35,357 nt of DNA from a virus (IMGVR_UViG_3300050158_000041:1-35357), one strand, 5' to 3'. Shown: positions 9,051 through 18,939, counted from the stretch's first letter. Translations and numbers: made by a program. Notes: generated by a model not told the origin, from the sequence alone.

Positions 9051-9937
9051 TGATTCGTACAGTACACCTACACGGCCCATTGGCCGAAAAGCTAGGTTAT
9101 ACAGAACCGCTTACTTTTGATGCGGATAATGTGCAAACTCTTATCAACGGTCTAACGATGTCGTTTCCAGACATCCGATCCGTTATGTTGGAGTTTTCTG
9201 ATGTGGCAATTGTTTTGCGTGATGGTGAGGAGTTGAAATCTCTGTCAGCAGAGCGTTTGCAGTACAACTTCGGGTTTGAGCCAGAGATTCACATTGCTGG
9301 TGCCATTAACGGGGCAGGTATCGAGACATTAACAGCGTTCTTCGTCATGGAGATGGAGATTTCATACGTTGCAGCAACTATTGCTGCGTACGCTGTTGCA
9401 ATTGCCGGAATGTATGCTGTCGGTCAAATAATTCAGTCGATGGCGGAAGTTCCTCAGAGCGCCACCGCTGAGGAAAAAGCAGCTAACTCTTCGTATCTGT
9501 TTAACGGCGCAGAAACTGTCGTAGGGCAGGGTTATCCCGTTCCGTTGATTTATGGTCGCTATCTAGTGGGTTCAGCTGAAATTAGTACAGAGCTATCTGC
9601 TGAGCGACTAGCTGTGGCACTAAATGATAACGTCTCCATCGATTTGCTTTATGAATCAGGCAAATCTGGCAATGTGCTGACAAATGACGTGTTTGGCTCC
9701 AGTTCAACGGTTTCATCGTTCACCATCAACGGAGTTACCACAGCTGCTGGCGGCACGTATAACAACGGTCAGATTTCAGTCACGATTGCAGCGAATGGTG
9801 CCTACACCATTATTCCGACGGTAACAGGTGATTGGGCGGTTACATACAACGCAACCAATGCGGCACATGGAAGTTCAAGTGCTGTTATGCAGATTAACGT
9901 CTCTCTTTCATTCGTGGATAGCTACGGTAGCCCTTAA
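9050..9937 (+). CDS. Tail assembly protein gpI-like with a C-terminal Ig-like extension
   Basis: RTV.LHG.L start and SY.FNG....GQG.PVPLIYG motif. The extra C-terminus (GNVLTND...ANGAYT) resembles an Ig/VCBS-type repeat. TAATG coupling. Confidence 0.85.
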   Translation: MIRTVHLHGPLAEKLGYTEPLTFDADNVQTLINGLTMSFPDIRSVMLEFSDVAIVLRDGEELKSLSAERLQYNFGFEPEIHIAGAINGAGIETLTAFFVMEMEISYVAATIAAYAVAIAGMYAVGQIIQSMAEVPQSATAEEKAANSSYLFNGAETVVGQGYPVPLIYGRYLVGSAEISTELSAERLAVALNDNVSIDLLYESGKSGNVLTNDVFGSSSTVSSFTINGVTTAAGGTYNNGQISVTIAANGAYTIIPTVTGDWAVTYNATNAAHGSSSAVMQINVSLSFVDSYGSP

Positions 9938-9991
9938 AGACCGCTAAAAGAGACCCAGCCTAAATACCTCCGTTCCTATTCGGAGGTTTGA

Positions 9992-12900
9992 ATGGCTGAT
10001 TTTCATGACATTAATGGTTCTGGCGGTGGTGGTAAGGGTGGTGGTGGTTCCTCATTTTACGAGGCGGAGAACACCCTCAAGTCTCTTGTCACTGCACGCT
10101 CACTACGATTAATCGGCGAAGGTCGTATTGGTGGTGTGGTCGGTGGAAAGAAGGGTGTTTACATTGACAACACTCCTCTTCAGAACGCTGACGGTACAGA
10201 TAATTTTGCTGGCGTCATCTTTGACCAGCGAGAAGGGTTCCCTTCTCAAGAGCGCATGTCTGGGTTCCCACTGGCTGCATCTGAGAGTGTCGTCGGGGTT
10301 TCTGTTACCAACGCAGCTCCGGTTACCCGTACTACTTCTGCTGCGGACATTGATGCGGTTGCAGTCACTATTGGCCTGCCACAAGGTCTAGTAAATCAAG
10401 AGACTACAAGCAACTCTGTTAAGGGCACTCAAGTTCAGATTGCTATTGACCGCAAGCTGACGACTGCTGGTGCCGGTTCCTGGGAGCAGGTTGTTTCCAA
10501 GACATTTGACGGAAAGACGCTATCCGCCTACGAAGAGAGCTTTCGTGTAGCGCGCCCAGCTGGAACCGGTAGTTGGGACATCCGCGTCCGTCGTATCACA
10601 GCGGACAACGGTACAGCTACTCTCAAGAACGCTACCGCTTGGAACCGAATGACTGAGTACCGCGAAGTGATCGCGGGCTTCACCGGTGAGTATCCAAACT
10701 ATGCGTATGTTGGTGTTGCAATTGATGCAACGTCAGCTACATCGAGCCAGATTCCTAAGCTGTCATTCCTTGTTGACGGCTTGTACATCATGGTTCCGTC
10801 TAACTACAACCCATCCAATCGCGTCTATACGGGGCAATGGGACGGTTCGTTTAAGGTTGCTTGGTCCGACAACCCAGCTTGGGTGTTGTATGACTTGATT
10901 ACCAATTCTCGATACGGCCTAGGTGAGTACATCAGCCGTGACATGGTTGACAAGTACAGCTTCTACAACGCTGCTGTCTACTGTGACCAATTGGTTAGCG
11001 ACGGTAAGGGCGGCACGGAGCCACGTTTTACATACAACGGAACTATTAATTCGCGTCAGGACGGGCTATCACACTTGCAGACTGTTGCCTCATCAATGAT
11101 GGCAAAAGTTGTGTGGGTCGGAGGCTTGGTAACGGTTATTCAGGACCGCCCAAGTTCACCTGTTTGCTTGATCACACGCGACAACGTAGTAAATGGTGAA
11201 TTCTCGTACAAGGGCTCTTCCTTCCAAGAGCGTGTTACGGCAGTAAACGTTAAGTGGAATGACCCGTCTGAAAAGTACTTGACACGTGTTACCCCGGTTG
11301 AAGCTTCACAAGCGGATTTCGACCGTTATGGGTACAACGAAGTAAACATCGACGCTGTTGGTTGTACTCGCGCTGGTCAAGCGCTGCGTGTTGGTAAGTG
11401 GTATCTCGATACCGTCCTTAATCAAGTTGAGACTGTTACCTTCACCATGAGTTACGAGGGTTTCGGCCTCATGGTGAACGATGTAATCAAGCTATTTGAT
11501 GAGCAGCGAGCTGGTCAAGCTCTTGCAGGTCGATTGGTTAGTGGGTCCACTACTACCGTTCTTCAACTAGACCGTCCAGTTACTTTGGCTTCGGGTAGCA
11601 CCGTTGATGTGATGCTGCCTTCCGGTGTTGTTGAAACAAAGGCGATCACAGAAACCGGCACTGTATCCTCTGTCACTTTGACGACAGCACTATCACAAAC
11701 TCCTGCTGAATACGCAGAGTTTGTTATTACTACTACGTCACTTTCTCCGCGTCAGTTCCGCATCACAAAGGTTTCTCTCAAAGATCAGAATTTGGTTGCG
11801 GTTGAGGCTGTAACCTATGATCCAAACAAATACAGTCGTGTTGAGACTGGTTTGAGTATTCCAGCACCAGTCTTTAGCGTCGTAACAGAACAGGTTGTTG
11901 GCGCTCCAACAGCAGTAGTTTTCCGCGAAACAGCGAAGAACGAAGATAACACGATTATTCGGTCGCTCGTAGTTTCATGGACTCGTCCGGTCACTGGTAC
12001 GATTTCCTCTTACCGACTGCAGTATCAGATTGATAGCTCTGGATGGCAGACGGTCACACCAGAGCACACAACGTTTGAGCTTCGGAACGTTGTTGTTGGT
12101 GCATACCAGTTCCGCATTCAAGCTCTAGGCTCTAACGGCGTCTACAGCACGCCTACAACAGCGTCTTACACAATTTCTGCAATTGGTGGTGGTAGCACGA
12201 CCCTATTAGCTCCTACGACGTTGGTTGAGCAAATTGGTGGGGGAACCACATTTACTGGTCAGGATTTGTACGTTGTTTGGACGAACCCAGCTGGCAACGC
12301 TGGTAATTCTGCGACTCTGCGAGACTTTCAGGTAACTGTCAAAACGACCTCGGATGCGGTTCTGCGTACCGAATACATTGCCCCTGTAGCTGCAGGTTCT
12401 ACACAGACCTATTCCTATTCATGGGCAATGAACAATCAGGACGGCGGCCCTCGTCGCTCCGTCAAGATTGAGGTAAGGGCACGAGATACCAACAACAATC
12501 TCACTTCAGCTGTTGTTAACACCTTTGCCAATCCGGCTCCGGCTGTCCCTTCCAACGTGGTTGCTAGTGGTGGGCTAGGCGCCGTGTTCTTGAATTGGGA
12601 TAAGAGCACTGACAAGGATTACATCGGTACGAACGTTTGGTTGAGCACAACGAGTGGTTTTACTCCGTCTGCAGCAACATTAGTAGCAGAAGGTGCAAGC
12701 GACTTCTATGCTCAGACAGGCTTGAATGCAGCCACTACCTATTACGTCAAGCTGGCTCAGTACGACGCTTTTGGCAGTTCGCAAGACGGTACTGGTCTGA
12801 ACGTTTCTCCACAATACTCAATTACCACTGCTGCGGGCGCTGGTATTCCAAAGGGCAGTGCGTTACCAGGGTCGGGTACAGAAGGAGACTTGTACTTCAA

Positions 12901-15007
12901 TACGACAGACGGCAAGGTCTATCGCTTTCACGGTGGTGCATGGACGGCACTGGTGCCTACGTCAGACTTGTCTGGACAGATTACGTCCGCTCAGCTGACA
13001 GACGGCGCAATTAACACGGCGAAGTTTGCTGCTGGTATTGCTGCCGTCGAGATTGTTGGTACTTTACCTTCGGCAGGTAACTTTGTGGGGCGTCAGGCTT
13101 ATCTCACGACGGACAACAAGCTGTATCGCTATAACGGAACTGCTTGGGTTAGCTCAGTTGCTGCAACCGATCTTGTTGGTCAAGTGGTCGCAAGTCAGGT
13201 CGCCGACGGCGCGATTAACACGGCGAAGTTTGCTGCCGGTATTGCACCCGTGGAAATTGTGGCTACATTGCCCGCAACTGGTAATTTCTCAGGTCGCCAA
13301 GCATTCTTGACTACAGACAATAAGCTGTACCGGTACGACGGAGCGGCGTGGGTAAAGTCAGTTGATGGCGGAGACTTGATTGCAAATTCTATTGTTGCAG
13401 GCAAGATCGCCGCTGGTGCGATTAGTGCGACTGAAATTTCAGCGAGCGCTATTACGACCGCAAAGATCGCTGCTGGTGCCGTTACAGCGAATGAAATCGC
13501 AGCCAATACTATCACCGCAGGCCAGATCGCAACTGACACGATTACATCTGCGCAGATAGCCGCTGGTGCCATTACCGCGAGTGAGTTGGCTGCAAACTCT
13601 GTGGTCGCAGGGAAGATTGCTGCTGGTGCAATTAGTGCCACCGAGATTGCAGCCGGTGCCATTACGGCTAGTAAATTGGCTGTCACTGGTCAAGGTAAAG
13701 CTATAAATGATGATCCAAACTTCGGCGACGCTACAGCGTGGTATAGCAACTCTGGTTCCTATACCTTGGTTACCGAAGCTACGTCGCCTGTTGGACGTAC
13801 GGTTGTTCGCGCCACCGGCCCGACTCGCGTACTTGGTCAACGTAAGGCACCTGTTACTGCTGGCACAACTTATAAGGTTTCCGTGTGGGCTCGCCAGACA
13901 ACTACCGACGGGAAGATGTACCTACGGTTGTACTGCTACGATCAGAATTCGGTATTGGTGAACTACGTAGTTACCGGGTTATCACCGGTCAGCGGCTCGT
14001 TAGAGGCTATTACGTTACCGAGCGCATGGACGAAGTACGTTGGGTACATCGTCGCGGGAGCTGGCGTTATTGAAGCTACGCCAGTCCTCCATTTGAATTG
14101 GTCTGGTACTGCTGCTGGGGTCAGTGATGCAACCGATCTGCGCTTTGAAGAGTACATCGGTGCTGACTTGATCGTTGATGGCTCAATTCAGGCTCGTCAC
14201 ATTGCGTCTGAGGTCATTACCGCAGACAAGATCGCTGCGAATGCAATCACTTCTAGCGAACTCGCTGCCAACTCAGTTGTCGCAGGCAAGGTCGCAGCTT
14301 CCACAATCGGTGCAGCTGAAATCATTGCATCGTCTATCACCGGCGACCGTTTAGTAGCGAACACGATCACCGGCGACAGGATTGCGGCGAACACAATTAC
14401 CGCATCGAACATCGATTCTCGTGGGTTGTCGATTAAGGACGCGAGCGGCAACATTATTCTGGCCGCTGGCTCTGCTCTCAATGTATCCAACATCAGTGGG
14501 CTGGGTACGTTGGCGACACAGAATTCCGCTGTATTTGGATCAACGATTAGCGGTCAGATTACCGCTGCCACTGCGTCTACATACATTGCAAATTTGGCAG
14601 TAGGTACGCTTCAAATTGCGAACCAAGCAGTCACGATTCCTGTGTCAGCCTACACAGAGGCTCAATTGACCACTTCAGGTGGCGGCACGATGAACGCTCA
14701 ATCATGTGCGATCACATCCACCGGTGCGCCAGTGAACGTCTTGGCTGGTATGAACATTCTGACAGGTCTAACCAATCAGAGTTACAACATCACAATTAAC
14801 GTGGTACGGGATTCGACTGTGATCTATACGACGGTTATTAAGACGATGACCGTCTCTACCTCATACTCGACAAACATCATTGCAACGCTTCCGCCGATTT
14901 ACGACGTTCCCGGTGCTGGGGCGCATACATACTACTTGCAGATTAATAACCCAGGTAACGGTGGCGTTTCTTGCCGGTCGGTTCTGCTGTTGGAGGTAAA
15001 GAAATGA
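9992..15007 (+). CDS. Central tail tip/host specificity protein (lambda gpJ-like)
   Basis: GSGGGGKGGG start, WDG.FK.AWSDNPAW and EPRFT motifs, FN3-like segments, C-terminal repeats and a lectin-like domain. Confidence 0.95.
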   Translation: MADFHDINGSGGGGKGGGGSSFYEAENTLKSLVTARSLRLIGEGRIGGVVGGKKGVYIDNTPLQNADGTDNFAGVIFDQREGFPSQERMSGFPLAASESVVGVSVTNAAPVTRTTSAADIDAVAVTIGLPQGLVNQETTSNSVKGTQVQIAIDRKLTTAGAGSWEQVVSKTFDGKTLSAYEESFRVARPAGTGSWDIRVRRITADNGTATLKNATAWNRMTEYREVIAGFTGEYPNYAYVGVAIDATSATSSQIPKLSFLVDGLYIMVPSNYNPSNRVYTGQWDGSFKVAWSDNPAWVLYDLITNSRYGLGEYISRDMVDKYSFYNAAVYCDQLVSDGKGGTEPRFTYNGTINSRQDGLSHLQTVASSMMAKVVWVGGLVTVIQDRPSSPVCLITRDNVVNGEFSYKGSSFQERVTAVNVKWNDPSEKYLTRVTPVEASQADFDRYGYNEVNIDAVGCTRAGQALRVGKWYLDTVLNQVETVTFTMSYEGFGLMVNDVIKLFDEQRAGQALAGRLVSGSTTTVLQLDRPVTLASGSTVDVMLPSGVVETKAITETGTVSSVTLTTALSQTPAEYAEFVITTTSLSPRQFRITKVSLKDQNLVAVEAVTYDPNKYSRVETGLSIPAPVFSVVTEQVVGAPTAVVFRETAKNEDNTIIRSLVVSWTRPVTGTISSYRLQYQIDSSGWQTVTPEHTTFELRNVVVGAYQFRIQALGSNGVYSTPTTASYTISAIGGGSTTLLAPTTLVEQIGGGTTFTGQDLYVVWTNPAGNAGNSATLRDFQVTVKTTSDAVLRTEYIAPVAAGSTQTYSYSWAMNNQDGGPRRSVKIEVRARDTNNNLTSAVVNTFANPAPAVPSNVVASGGLGAVFLNWDKSTDKDYIGTNVWLSTTSGFTPSAATLVAEGASDFYAQTGLNAATTYYVKLAQYDAFGSSQDGTGLNVSPQYSITTAAGAGIPKGSALPGSGTEGDLYFNTTDGKVYRFHGGAWTALVPTSDLSGQITSAQLTDGAINTAKFAAGIAAVEIVGTLPSAGNFVGRQAYLTTDNKLYRYNGTAWVSSVAATDLVGQVVASQVADGAINTAKFAAGIAPVEIVATLPATGNFSGRQAFLTTDNKLYRYDGAAWVKSVDGGDLIANSIVAGKIAAGAISATEISASAITTAKIAAGAVTANEIAANTITAGQIATDTITSAQIAAGAITASELAANSVVAGKIAAGAISATEIAAGAITASKLAVTGQGKAINDDPNFGDATAWYSNSGSYTLVTEATSPVGRTVVRATGPTRVLGQRKAPVTAGTTYKVSVWARQTTTDGKMYLRLYCYDQNSVLVNYVVTGLSPVSGSLEAITLPSAWTKYVGYIVAGAGVIEATPVLHLNWSGTAAGVSDATDLRFEEYIGADLIVDGSIQARHIASEVITADKIAANAITSSELAANSVVAGKVAASTIGAAEIIASSITGDRLVANTITGDRIAANTITASNIDSRGLSIKDASGNIILAAGSALNVSNISGLGTLATQNSAVFGSTISGQITAATASTYIANLAVGTLQIANQAVTIPVSAYTEAQLTTSGGGTMNAQSCAITSTGAPVNVLAGMNILTGLTNQSYNITINVVRDSTVIYTTVIKTMTVSTSYSTNIIATLPPIYDVPGAGAHTYYLQINNPGNGGVSCRSVLLLEVKK

Positions 15008-15579
15008 AATACGCAGTCTATAGCTCAGATTCGGGGCAAATCGAGAAGATTATTAGTTGCGCACCTGACCAAGTGCAGATCCAAGTTCTTACAGGGCAGG
15101 GATTTATTGAATTGGATTCAGAGAGCGTTTCTGATGCTTCACACTATGTGTGTGATGGTCAGTTGGTCGCTTTTCCATCAGCACCGAGCGCTCTGCATAC
15201 TTGGGATTGGTCTTTGAAGGAATGGGCAGGTCCACCACTTGATGTTTTACGAGCTGAGCAGTGGCTGAAGATCAAAGAGGCGCGTGCAGAGGCAGAGTCT
15301 GCTGGAGTTACGGTGGGCGAGTATACCTTTGACAGTGATCCGGCCAGTCAGTCAAAGGTCCAAGGTGCTATGCAACTAACCCAGTATGTTCCGGACGACT
15401 GGACGGTTGATTGGACTCTTGCTGACAACACTGTGATAACTCTTAGTAAAAATGGCCTCATCGCACTTGCCCTGTCTCTCGGTAGTCACGTACAGGATGT
15501 TTACGCGAAGGCTCGGGATTTGCGTCTAGCAATCGATTCAGCCAGTACTGCTGAAGAAATCTTGGCGGTCTGTTGGTGA
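15004..15579 (+). CDS. Tail fibre-associated protein (DUF4376-like)
   Basis: FDSD..SQ and WTLADN motifs. Directly follows gpJ. GGAGG RBS favours ATG 15004. Confidence 0.8.
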   Translation: MKYAVYSSDSGQIEKIISCAPDQVQIQVLTGQGFIELDSESVSDASHYVCDGQLVAFPSAPSALHTWDWSLKEWAGPPLDVLRAEQWLKIKEARAEAESAGVTVGEYTFDSDPASQSKVQGAMQLTQYVPDDWTVDWTLADNTVITLSKNGLIALALSLGSHVQDVYAKARDLRLAIDSASTAEEILAVCW

Positions 15580-15656
15580 TTTGACATGGATTGGGTGTTT
15601 GAGTTCAGTGATCAACATCCAACCGATAAATAGTGACACTAGCTTTAGGGACTTGC

Positions 15657-16028
15657 ATGTCAAACCAATTAAACATTTCCATGGATCAGGGTAGTTCACT
15701 TGACTACCGGTTCACGATCAAATCAGCTTCTGGCGCAGCGTACAACCTGATAGGTCACAACGCTCAGTTGCAAGTGCGCCGTTCCTACGGTGATGTAGCA
15801 ACAGTGCTTGATTGCACGCAAGGCAATGGCCGATTGATCTACACCGATGCAGCTAACGGCCAGATGGTGCTTACGCTCAGCCCGACTGACACCAGTTCAA
15901 TTAGGTTCAACTCTCGTGATGACGATGCACTGGAGTGTGTGTATGACCTTGAGATCACGCGTCCAGACGGGCGGGTATTTAAGCCAGCAAAGGGCGTCTT
16001 CACGTTCTATCGTGAAGTCACGCGATAA
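15657..16028 (+). CDS. Putative virion structural protein (Ig-like; DQG..F...YDLEI family)
   Basis: N-terminal LNI.MDQG and C-terminal YDLEI...G.F....EVTR pattern. TAAATA at 15627. Confidence 0.6.
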   Translation: MSNQLNISMDQGSSLDYRFTIKSASGAAYNLIGHNAQLQVRRSYGDVATVLDCTQGNGRLIYTDAANGQMVLTLSPTDTSSIRFNSRDDDALECVYDLEITRPDGRVFKPAKGVFTFYREVTR

Positions 16029-16039
16029 GGGGCACACAA

Positions 16040-16234
16040 ATGGTTCAAAAAATAGTTCAAGTAGACGACGGCGCAGAGGCTCCCACGGTTTTGTTTGAAG
16101 CAACAGCAGACACGGACATGGGCGGCGTATCAATCTGGACGTATGGGGTTTGGTTTACGCCGACTCAGTTGGATCAGGTTTCTCAAGCACTCATAGAGTG
16201 TTCAAATTTCATTCAAGACAAAGGGACAGAATAA
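16040..16234 (+). CDS. Hypothetical protein (64 aa)
   Basis: AAGGGG RBS, fills the gap in the operon, TAATG coupling to the next gene. Confidence 0.6.
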   Translation: MVQKIVQVDDGAEAPTVLFEATADTDMGGVSIWTYGVWFTPTQLDQVSQALIECSNFIQDKGTE

Positions 16235-17055
16235 TGGCTATTACTACATTTGATGGCTACATTGGCGCTGCTAAACAGGTCGTGCCTCTATCAAAGACCG
16301 CAACCCGAACTTCCGTGACGGGTGGTTGGTTTTCAATGATTGACGTTGCGGGTAATCCGGGGGCTGGTGTTATCGCGGGGTCTGATGCTGTTGCTGGAGT
16401 GGTTCCTCAAGCCATTGCTGCGGGCTATCCAACACTGAATCCGTTTTCACCTTCGGCTACTGGTTACATCACCAACGTAGATTACAGCAATACGGTGGCA
16501 TGCCGACTGCAAGTGTTTGATAACGTCTATAAGGTCGGTTCATTCTCCTTCGCAGCTGGTACTTCCGTGCTTAGTGGTCAACCGTCCTACGCATCACGAA
16601 TGCCCAATGGCGACTTTGGTGGTACGCAAATTTGGGTTGAGGTTAGTACTGCGTTTGCTACAGGTACAGCTTGGCAGGTGCAAGTCACTTATACAAATCA
16701 AGCTGGCGTCACTGGACGTTCTTGTATTGCTCTCCCTGCCGCAACTGCTGCTAACTTAACTCTTGGCCGTATGTATCAGCTTGGACTGCAGGCTGGCGAT
16801 TCGGGGGTGCGTACTATTGAGTCTGTCGTGGTGACGAACGGCGGTACTGCGATGACGGCAGGTGCATTCAACATTCTCGTCATGCGTCCTCTTTGGACCG
16901 GTCGTGTTCGTTCCGCCAACGATGGTGATGTGCATTCTCTTGATCGTATCGGTATGCCAGTTGTGTTTGAGCAATCAGCTCTTACTTTGGCTATCGCTGC
17001 TGACAATACTTCGACTGGCTTTCCTGAGCTGATGATTGAAGTGTGCAACGGCTAA
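16234..17055 (+). CDS. Hypothetical protein, probably virion-associated (beta-rich)
   Basis: 273 aa from ATG 16234 (MAITTFDG...), Gly/Thr/Ala-rich, within a late operon. Confidence 0.7.
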   Translation: MAITTFDGYIGAAKQVVPLSKTATRTSVTGGWFSMIDVAGNPGAGVIAGSDAVAGVVPQAIAAGYPTLNPFSPSATGYITNVDYSNTVACRLQVFDNVYKVGSFSFAAGTSVLSGQPSYASRMPNGDFGGTQIWVEVSTAFATGTAWQVQVTYTNQAGVTGRSCIALPAATAANLTLGRMYQLGLQAGDSGVRTIESVVVTNGGTAMTAGAFNILVMRPLWTGRVRSANDGDVHSLDRIGMPVVFEQSALTLAIAADNTSTGFPELMIEVCNG

Positions 17056-17067
17056 GGAGTAGGGCTG

Positions 17068-17346
17068 ATGACAACAAATAAGTCACTGTTGGTCAGCCCG
17101 CGCCGCAAGTTGGTATTCACTCTTGTTCGTGCGCGGTCAGTAGGTGGGGCGGCAGATGATCTATTTGCCAACGCGTTTGGATGGACGGTTCCCACTGGGT
17201 ACGCTCAGACAGAGTTAGCGCTCGTCTGCTCAACATCACAATCAACTTGGATTGCGACTCAGGTTCAGGGTGGTGCTGAATTGCAAGAATCTACGCAGTC
17301 TGGTTTGACTTCTGTCAACACTACGTTCACTAAGTTGCTGCGTTGA
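17068..17346 (+). CDS. Hypothetical protein (92 aa)
   Basis: TAAGGAG RBS overlapping the upstream stop codon. Confidence 0.6.
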   Translation: MTTNKSLLVSPRRKLVFTLVRARSVGGAADDLFANAFGWTVPTGYAQTELALVCSTSQSTWIATQVQGGAELQESTQSGLTSVNTTFTKLLR

Positions 17347-17406
17347 TCTGTTGCTGCCATCTGGCTGAATGACGGAGATTGGGAGCTTCTTAATAGGGAG
17401 CTTCCC

Positions 17407-17661
17407 ATGCAATTTGAACTTGGTCAGGTCGTAGCCACTCGTACCGCTATCAGCACTGGTGTCAATCTGGTTGAATTGGTGCGGCGACATCACTGTGAGG
17501 ACTGGGGTGACCTTGAGGACAGTGACAAGCGGGCGAACTACGCTGCGTTGCAGCTAGGTGGTCGGTTGGTGTCGAAGTACATCGCTGGGGGCCACAGCTT
17601 CTACGTGATCACCGAAGCGGACAGGAGCGCCACGACTATCATGCTTGTGGAAGACTACTGA
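17407..17661 (+). CDS. Conserved plasmid/phage-related small protein
   Basis: F.LGQ.VAT...RH...DWGDL...D...N..AL..G.RL.S.Y...ITEADRS.TT motif, recognisable from mobile elements. Function unknown. Confidence 0.8.
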   Translation: MQFELGQVVATRTAISTGVNLVELVRRHHCEDWGDLEDSDKRANYAALQLGGRLVSKYIAGGHSFYVITEADRSATTIMLVEDY

Positions 17662-17663
17662 GC

Positions 17664-18004
17664 CGTATCAGCGTTATCACTTCTGCTGCGAGCACCCCTA
17701 TCAAAAGTCGTATCAGTCACATCATGCTCGCGCCCTATGCGTCACACCCGGAACGATCTAGAGGTCGTCGGATCGAAGAAATCCCTTGTAAAACAAGGAG
17801 TTGCTTTCAACGGGATCGGGATCGTGTGACGCATTCAACTGCATTTCGCAGGCTCCTCTACAAGACCCAGGTTTAACGACCGCTCAGCTCGCGCCGGGCA
17901 AACCTCACACGTAAGTCGTTGATTTAATTAGGGTTCCGGGAAAGAGTCGGTTTCTACCGACCGAAGCTACCAAGTTGTAGCCGTTATCAAAAACGACATC
18001 AGTC
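17664..18004. other. Candidate attP region
   Basis: Non-coding gap between convergent genes. Paired arm-like repeats TATCAAAA-N4-YATCAGTC at 17699 and 17985. IHF consensus at 17912-17924 (minus) and a near-consensus at 17791-17803. Confidence 0.6.
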
Positions 18005-18394
18005 CAAGTCGTCGGAGTCTTCTAGCTCGCTACCGTCTTCAGCAGCACCGAAGAAGTAGGACGGGCATGGCTCACCGTACTCGTTGGCGTATCGCTTTTT
18101 GTACTGCGACACCGCAGTCACGCGACGCCTGAATGGCCCGATCACATCGTAGGTGCCATCCTTCTTCTTGAAGCGTAGGTAGTAGAGCGGGCTGTACGCG
18201 GCCTTCGACTCTAGCTCCTCGTCTCGCCTCGACCGCTTCTCTTCATGGCAGTGGTAGCAGCCACCAGTAGAGGTCATGCGGATGATCGGAGTGTGGCCGT
18301 GCTGGCAAGCAATCCCGTTGTCATAGAACTTGAGGTCGTTTTCTCGGGCCACCTCACGGGTCATCTTGCGCGCCATTCTCGTTGTTTGTTTCAT
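17999..18394 (-). CDS. Zn-binding protein resembling the accessory domain of homing endonucleases
   Basis: Y..G..C.HGH....R....G.C..C motif with no HNH/GIY-YIG core visible. TAAATA at 18401-18406 (minus). The true start may be ATG 18376. Confidence 0.7.
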   Translation of the reverse strand: MKQTTRMARKMTREVARENDLKFYDNGIACQHGHTPIIRMTSTGGCYHCHEEKRSRRDEELESKAAYSPLYYLRFKKKDGTYDVIGPFRRRVTAVSQYKKRYANEYGEPCPSYFFGAAEDGSELEDSDDLD

Positions 18395-18475
18395 AAAGGG
18401 TATTTAGTTATTTTGGAAACATAGGACCTACCGCGCCCAATAAATACATCCACTCTGTAAATGAATGGATTAATC

Positions 18476-18730
18476 ATGGCTGGCACCTCCTCCGACCAAA
18501 AGAACTATGAAGTAGAAATTGCTCTCCTAAAACAGCGCGTTGAAATGGTAGAGACAAACATGAAAGAAATCGACAACGACGTAAAGGCGTTGCGGTCTGA
18601 ACTAAATGCAGGCATCAAGCAGCTGAGCGCACAGATTGCACAAATCAACATCACATTGGCTAAGTGGGGTGTTGGGATCAGCGTGGCTCTGTTCGTTGCC
18701 AAGCTGGCGGCCGACCACTTACTCAAATAA
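18476..18730 (+). CDS. Coiled-coil protein with C-terminal TM helix (XhlA/holin-like)
   Basis: Heptad-rich body followed by hydrophobic WGVGISVALFVA. TAAATA at 18441. The start could be 18461. Confidence 0.65.
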   Translation: MAGTSSDQKNYEVEIALLKQRVEMVETNMKEIDNDVKALRSELNAGIKQLSAQIAQINITLAKWGVGISVALFVAKLAADHLLK

Positions 18731-18747
18731 CTATAAGGAGACTCACA

Positions 18748-18939
18748 ATGTGGGCAAAGATCAAAGGCTCGTTGAAGAGCAAGACAGTTTGGTTCGCAGC
18801 TGTAGTAGCGGGCGTGCTACCGTACACACAAGACCTCATCGGATACGCAAGTGGCATCGATCCCAAAGCTGGTGCGTACGTAGGCGTTGCAATGGTTCTG
18901 CTACGCGCAATGACGAGCAAACCGTTGTCGGAGAAATGA
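18748..18939 (+). CDS. Putative holin (2 TM, 63 aa)
   Basis: TAAGGAG RBS. KSKTVWF...LR..T.KPL..K pattern typical of small phage holins. Confidence 0.7.
   Translation: MWAKIKGSLKSKTVWFAAVVAGVLPYTQDLIGYASGIDPKAGAYVGVAMVLLRAMTSKPLSEK

Noticed and set aside
17407-17661. Type I restriction-modification M subunit (a label sometimes attached to this family)
   Set aside because: Only 84 aa with no methyltransferase motifs.
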